DNA from: an uncultured delta proteobacterium
GTDB taxonomy: Bacteria; Desulfobacterota; RBG-13-43-22
Assembly: GCA_963843145.1 (NCBI GenBank)
Contig: CAWJJC010000017.1
Span: 1-64,000 of the forward strand
Direction of reading: 5' to 3'
DNA: 64,000 bases
In this document: positions 59,876-64,000 of the stretch, piece by piece
How the letters are laid out: each line of letters opens with the position of its first letter
How positions within the stretch are numbered: the first letter of the stretch is position 1
The notes under the pieces: generated by a model
What the model was told of the DNA's origin: nothing
The model's input: only the letters and a program-made list of their open reading frames with translations
The model's database searches: none
Position numbers and translations under genes: made by a program

Positions 59876-62356
59876 ATGATTAGACCCATTGTGCTGCTCT
59901 GCTTTTTTTTCTCCGGTTTCAGCGGGTTGCTGTATGAAGTCTTATGGCTGCGCCTGCTGATCCTCATCTTCGGCTCCACTACCCTGGCCATCAGCACGGT
60001 CTTGACGGCCTTTATGGGCGGTCTGGCCCTGGGCAGCTACTTTTTCGGCCGGATGATGGATCGTCAAAAACGTCCCCTCCTCTATTACGGAATACTGGAA
60101 GGGGTTATCGGTCTTTACGCCTTGATCATCCCCTGGATCTTCGGCAGCCTGATTCCGGTCTACCAATTTCTCTGGCAGCAATTTAATTTGAATTTCTACA
60201 GCTTCACCCTCCTGCAATTCCTGCTGATTACCGTGGTCCTGATCATTCCCACCACCTGCATGGGCGCCACCTTGCCCATCCTGAGCACCTGGGCCGTCCG
60301 GGAAGAAACCACCCTGGGGGTGACCATCGGCCGTCTTTACGCCTTGAACACCTTCGGGGCCGTGTTAGGCACCGCCCTCAGCGGTTTCTTCCTGTTGCCC
60401 GCTCTGGGGGTCCAACATACCTTGTGGATCGCCGTAGGCATAAACCTGCTGGTCGCCCTGCTGATCCTCGCCCTGTTGCCCCGGTTTCCTGAGCGTCCGA
60501 TGGTGGCGGAATCTCCGGGGTCAAAACCTGCTGGGAAATTTCTGGAAGCCACTTCGGGCCTACTGCCCAAGAAGGTAGTCTGGTCCATCGTCATCGGGAT
60601 CTCCCTATCCGGATTTATCTCCATGATCTACGAAGTGGCCTGGAGCCGGACCCTGTCTCTGCTGGTGGATTCTTCGGTTTACGGTTTTACCATCATGCTG
60701 ACCACTTTCCTGGTCGGGATCGCTTTCGGGTCTCTGATTTTTTCCCGGTGGGTGGATACCTTTCGTTACCAGGGATTTACCTGGGCACTGATGCAAATCG
60801 GAATCGGGGTCCTGGCCTTCCTGAGCCTGATTTTTTTTCAGGAGCTCCCCTACCTTTACCTCTTGCTTTACCAGACCATCGGGCAGTCCATCAATTTGCT
60901 TTTGCTCGGGAAGTACCTGCTGGCTTTTTTTATCATGTTGGCCCCTACCCTTTTAATGGGCGCCCTCTTCCCCTTGACCATCAAAATCTGCATGTCCCAT
61001 CTCAACCAGGTGGGCCGACTGGTGGGCAATATTTACACTATCAATACCCTCGGCTGCATTTTGGGGTCCTTTGCCGGCGGCTTCTTCCTGATCCCGCTGA
61101 TCGGTATCCGCAACACCATCCTGTTGGGCATCGGTCTGAATCTGCTCTACGGCCTATACGTCCTCTTGATCTCCCCGGCCCCGCGCCTCTATTTGAAAAG
61201 AGCGGCTTATGCGCTGACCATTCTTTTCGCGGCCGCCATCATGGCCTTTCCACCCGAATGGAAAGCGCCCTTGATGGCCAGCGGCGTCTATATCTATGCT
61301 CATAATTTTGAAAACACCTCCCGGTCCGACCTCCTGGCCATGTATTCCCCCCAAAACGAACCCCTCTTGTATTATAAGGAAGGGCAAACCTGCACCATCA
61401 GCGTCCATAAGTCCAAGTACACCGGAACCATTTACATGAAGTCCAACGGCAAAGTGGAGGCCTCGACCAAGGGGGACATGCCTACTCAGGTGCTGGTGGG
61501 CCACATTCCGCTGCTGCTGGCGCCCAAATTGGATGAAATCCTGGTGGTCGGCATGGGCAGCGGGGTGACGATCGGATCCGTGACTACCTTCCCCGCGAAA
61601 AAAATTACCCTGGTAGAACTGGAACAGGCGGTTATCGAAGGGTCCCATTTCTTTGACCACGTCAATTACCGTCCGCTGGAGGACCCGCGGATGCTTCTAC
61701 GGGTGGCCGACGCCCGTAATTACCTCCTGGTGACCCCCGATTTTTATGACGTGATCATTTCCGAACCTTCCAACCCCTGGATGGCCGGTATCGCCAACGT
61801 CTTCACCCGTGAATTTTTTCAGCTCGGCTTCGACAAGCTTAAACCGGAAGGCGTTTTCTGCCAGTGGCTGCAGTTATATAAAATTTCCCCGGAAAGCTTT
61901 AAAACCGTTTTGCGGACCTTTCGCGCCGTCTTTCCCCACGTCTACGTTTTCCAGCCTCAGGACAAAGACCTGGTCCTGGTGGGTTTCAAAACCCCTCCCG
62001 TGTTTTCTACGGCGGAGATCGAAAAACGAATGCAATGGCCCAAAGTGGCCCAGGACCTGAAGCGTATTGAAGTTACGGAATTGAAAACCCTCCTGGATCG
62101 TTTCGTGATGGGTCCCCGGGAAATTGCCGTGCTGACTCAAAAAGGCCCGCTCAATACGGATGACAATAACATCATTGAATTTTCCACGCCCAAGTCCCTG
62201 TTTGAAGAAACGGCGGAACTGAACAGCCAGGTCCTGGAACCCTTCCGCCGTCCGGCCGGAGACTATTTTAAGGACACCCTGCCGCTTCAGAGCCCGACTT
62301 GGAAATATGACAACTTCCGGCAGACCAATAACCCGAAAAGTCTAACAGGAGACTAA
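59876..62356 (+). CDS. Fused MFS / spermidine-synthase-like protein
   Basis: LLYEVLWLR, MGATLP, YALNTFG repeated TM units; VGMGSGVT, VELE, ADARNYL, DVIISEPSNPW. Confidence 0.9.
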   Translation: MIRPIVLLCFFFSGFSGLLYEVLWLRLLILIFGSTTLAISTVLTAFMGGLALGSYFFGRMMDRQKRPLLYYGILEGVIGLYALIIPWIFGSLIPVYQFLWQQFNLNFYSFTLLQFLLITVVLIIPTTCMGATLPILSTWAVREETTLGVTIGRLYALNTFGAVLGTALSGFFLLPALGVQHTLWIAVGINLLVALLILALLPRFPERPMVAESPGSKPAGKFLEATSGLLPKKVVWSIVIGISLSGFISMIYEVAWSRTLSLLVDSSVYGFTIMLTTFLVGIAFGSLIFSRWVDTFRYQGFTWALMQIGIGVLAFLSLIFFQELPYLYLLLYQTIGQSINLLLLGKYLLAFFIMLAPTLLMGALFPLTIKICMSHLNQVGRLVGNIYTINTLGCILGSFAGGFFLIPLIGIRNTILLGIGLNLLYGLYVLLISPAPRLYLKRAAYALTILFAAAIMAFPPEWKAPLMASGVYIYAHNFENTSRSDLLAMYSPQNEPLLYYKEGQTCTISVHKSKYTGTIYMKSNGKVEASTKGDMPTQVLVGHIPLLLAPKLDEILVVGMGSGVTIGSVTTFPAKKITLVELEQAVIEGSHFFDHVNYRPLEDPRMLLRVADARNYLLVTPDFYDVIISEPSNPWMAGIANVFTREFFQLGFDKLKPEGVFCQWLQLYKISPESFKTVLRTFRAVFPHVYVFQPQDKDLVLVGFKTPPVFSTAEIEKRMQWPKVAQDLKRIEVTELKTLLDRFVMGPREIAVLTQKGPLNTDDNNIIEFSTPKSLFEETAELNSQVLEPFRRPAGDYFKDTLPLQSPTWKYDNFRQTNNPKSLTGD

Positions 62357-62357
62357 C

Positions 62358-62612
62358 ATGACCAGTCCGTTTATCGATCCGGCCAAAGACCTTTCCATTC
62401 GACGGATCGTCTGCGCCGGCGAACCGGGGGCCGGCATCCCCAGCACCCGGAAACGCCTGGAGGAGGCCTGGGGTGCGAAGGTCTTCGACCATGTGGGGGC
62501 CACGGAGATCGGAGCCTGGGGCTACGAGTGTACCGAGCAGAACGGCCTCCACCTCAATGAAGCCCGGTTCCTGGTGGAGGTGGAAGACCTGGTGACCGGA
62601 GAGCCGATCAAT
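62358..62612 (+). pseudogene. Internal fragment of phenylacetate-CoA ligase (PaaK-like)
   Basis: CAGEPGAGIPSTRKRLEEAWGAKVFDHVGATEIG...LHLNE...EVED; both ends missing. Confidence 0.75.
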
Positions 62613-62734
62613 GGAATTTCATTCCTTCCAGAGTCTACCCCGGCCGGAGGGCAAGGCCCGGCGGTTCAAGGACCTGAGGAAGCATTGATACTGAATTCCG
62701 GATAAGGGCAAAAAGCAATAGGAAAGACCACGAA

Positions 62735-62880
62735 ATCGAACGTCCAACATCGAACATCGAACGTCCAACGTCGAAAAAACAAACGGCCCCATACCGAAGC
62801 ATTAAATACCGGTCTCGGCGGGATTTATTCATCTTTTCTTATTCAACATTCGATGTTGGACGTTCGATGTTCGATGTTCA
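62735..62880. repeat. Inverted pair of 7-bp-period (ATCGAAC/GTCCAAC) arrays
   Basis: ATCGAACGTCCAACATCGAACATCGAACGTCCAACGTCGAA...TTCGATGTTGGACGTTCGATGTTCGATGTTC. Confidence 0.8.
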
Positions 62881-62914
62881 TCTTTTTAGCATTTCTGGGG
62901 TGAAGGAGATCACG

Positions 62915-63100
62915 ATGGAACCAACCGAAATCGCCAAATTAAAAGCCTTGAGTATGCAAATTCAAATCATCAAAACCGCCGCCCTGGAGATTAAGAATCT
63001 CTCCGGAGGAGTTCAGGCGGCGGACTGCAACGCCGACCGCATTTTGGCCAGCGCCAAGATGCTGGAGATTAATTTCAGCGACCTGTTGACCGTCCTTTAA
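62915..63100 (+). CDS. Small conserved hypothetical protein
   Basis: AAGGAG RBS; helical, with NADRILASAKMLEINFSD. Confidence 0.65.
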   Translation: MEPTEIAKLKALSMQIQIIKTAALEIKNLSGGVQAADCNADRILASAKMLEINFSDLLTVL

Positions 63101-63114
63101 CGCGAAGAAAACCT

Positions 63115-63687
63115 ATGAAACCTGCCATTATTGTCGTCGACATGGTGAAGGACAATTTTCACGACGAGGACCACCTGCCCATTACCGCCCACGCCCGGGC
63201 CATGGTCCCGGCGCTGAACCGCTTGCTTGAGGAAGCCCATCGACGAGGAATTCCGATCATTTTTGCCTGTGACAGCTTTCTGGAAGGTGATTTCATTTTT
63301 CAGGGGAAGATGAAGGCTCACTCGTTACGAGGTACGCCGGGGGCTGAAGTGCTGGAGGCTTTGGATCAGGCCCCCACGGACATTATTTTACCCAAACGCC
63401 GCTTCAGTGCCTTCTTTAAAACCGACCTGGATATGACCCTAAAGCTGTATCAGGTCGATACCGTGGCCGTCACCGGCATCGCCACCCATTTCTGCGTTCT
63501 GACCACAGCCTTGGACGCCCTTTGTCATGACATCCGGGCGGTCATCCTGGAGGACTGCTCGGCCGCCCCCACCCCGGAAATACACCAGCGGACCCTGGAT
63601 AATTATCGGCGTAATCCCCTTTATCCGCTGCTAAGAGTCATGGATTCGGCCGCCTTCCTGCAGGAATTAATTTTTAAAGACGAATAA
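63115..63687 (+). CDS. Isochorismatase-family cysteine hydrolase
   Basis: IVVDM, KRRFSAF, GIATHFCV. Confidence 0.92.
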   Translation: MKPAIIVVDMVKDNFHDEDHLPITAHARAMVPALNRLLEEAHRRGIPIIFACDSFLEGDFIFQGKMKAHSLRGTPGAEVLEALDQAPTDIILPKRRFSAFFKTDLDMTLKLYQVDTVAVTGIATHFCVLTTALDALCHDIRAVILEDCSAAPTPEIHQRTLDNYRRNPLYPLLRVMDSAAFLQELIFKDE

Positions 63688-63769
63688 TGACGATCTATAT
63701 TGGGGTTTCTGTATTCAGTACATTTATAACTCCCTTAAAATTATCTCAAGCCACGAGGCGGCCATAAGA

Positions 63770-63807
63770 AAAACCCCGGCTCCCCTTTCCGGGGAAACCG
63801 GGGTTTT
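63770..63807. terminator. Bidirectional intrinsic terminator
   Basis: AAAACCCCGG-C-TCCCC-TTTCC-GGGGA-AA-CCGGGGTTTT between convergent genes. Confidence 0.8.
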
Positions 63808-63850
63808 ACTCATCCTTCGAATGTATTAAACCCGGTCCGGCAGGCTTAAT

Positions 63851-64000
63851 TTATTTCTTATAATCGAACCACCCCGCGCCGGTCTTACGTCCCAGGCGGC
63901 CGGCCCGGATCATATTCTTCATCAGGGTCGGGGCCACCCACTTGCCTTCCTTGTTCAGCTCCTTATAAAAATAATCGGCTACAAACTTGCAGATATCCAC
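63851..64000 (-). CDS. C-terminal end of a 3-hydroxyacyl-CoA dehydrogenase (partial)
   Basis: VDICKFVADYFYKEL...APTLMKNMIRAGRLGRKTGAGWFDYKK*. Confidence 0.85.
   Translation of the reverse strand: MDICKFVADYFYKELNKEGKWVAPTLMKNMIRAGRLGRKTGAGWFDYKK

Noticed and set aside
62735-62880. CRISPR array or coding ORF extension from the heptamer repeats
   Set aside because: Units are 7 bp with no unique spacers and there are no cas genes. The upstream ORF extension is repeat-derived.

Overview
GC-rich bacterial chromosome window. The gene content and order (murJ, rdgB-rph-coaD-rsmD-asd-leuBDCA-pssA-psd-ilvCNB, ndk-thiL, glgP) suggest an anaerobic Desulfobacterota/Syntrophales-like lineage (inference). 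From 1.4 to 9.3 kb is a decaying defence-type island at the 3' end of tRNA-Leu(TAA). It keeps an intact AbiEi/AbiEii pair with two long palindromic operators and an intact DUF2779-like gene. It also carries broken SLOG, ARPP-1, NERD, higBA and integrase genes. serC lies between tRNA-Pro(TGG) and a degenerate copy of that tRNA's 3' end. Two candidates stand out as undescribed systems. (1) An archease-rtcB locus where the metal-ligand Cys codon of RtcB (DINCG motif) is an in-frame TGA followed by a SECIS-like hairpin, i.e. a probable selenocysteine RNA ligase. (2) A divergent signalling cluster: an FHA-receiver-class III cyclase gene facing a coupled operon of MFS, kinase-like+cNMP-binding and MqsA-like Zn-finger+kinase-like genes. 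Both kinase domains lack the catalytic Asp, and a dynamin-like GTPase pair lies next to the cluster. Several frameshifts fall in homopolymer runs and may be assembly errors. All calls come from motif recognition by eye; no database searches were run.
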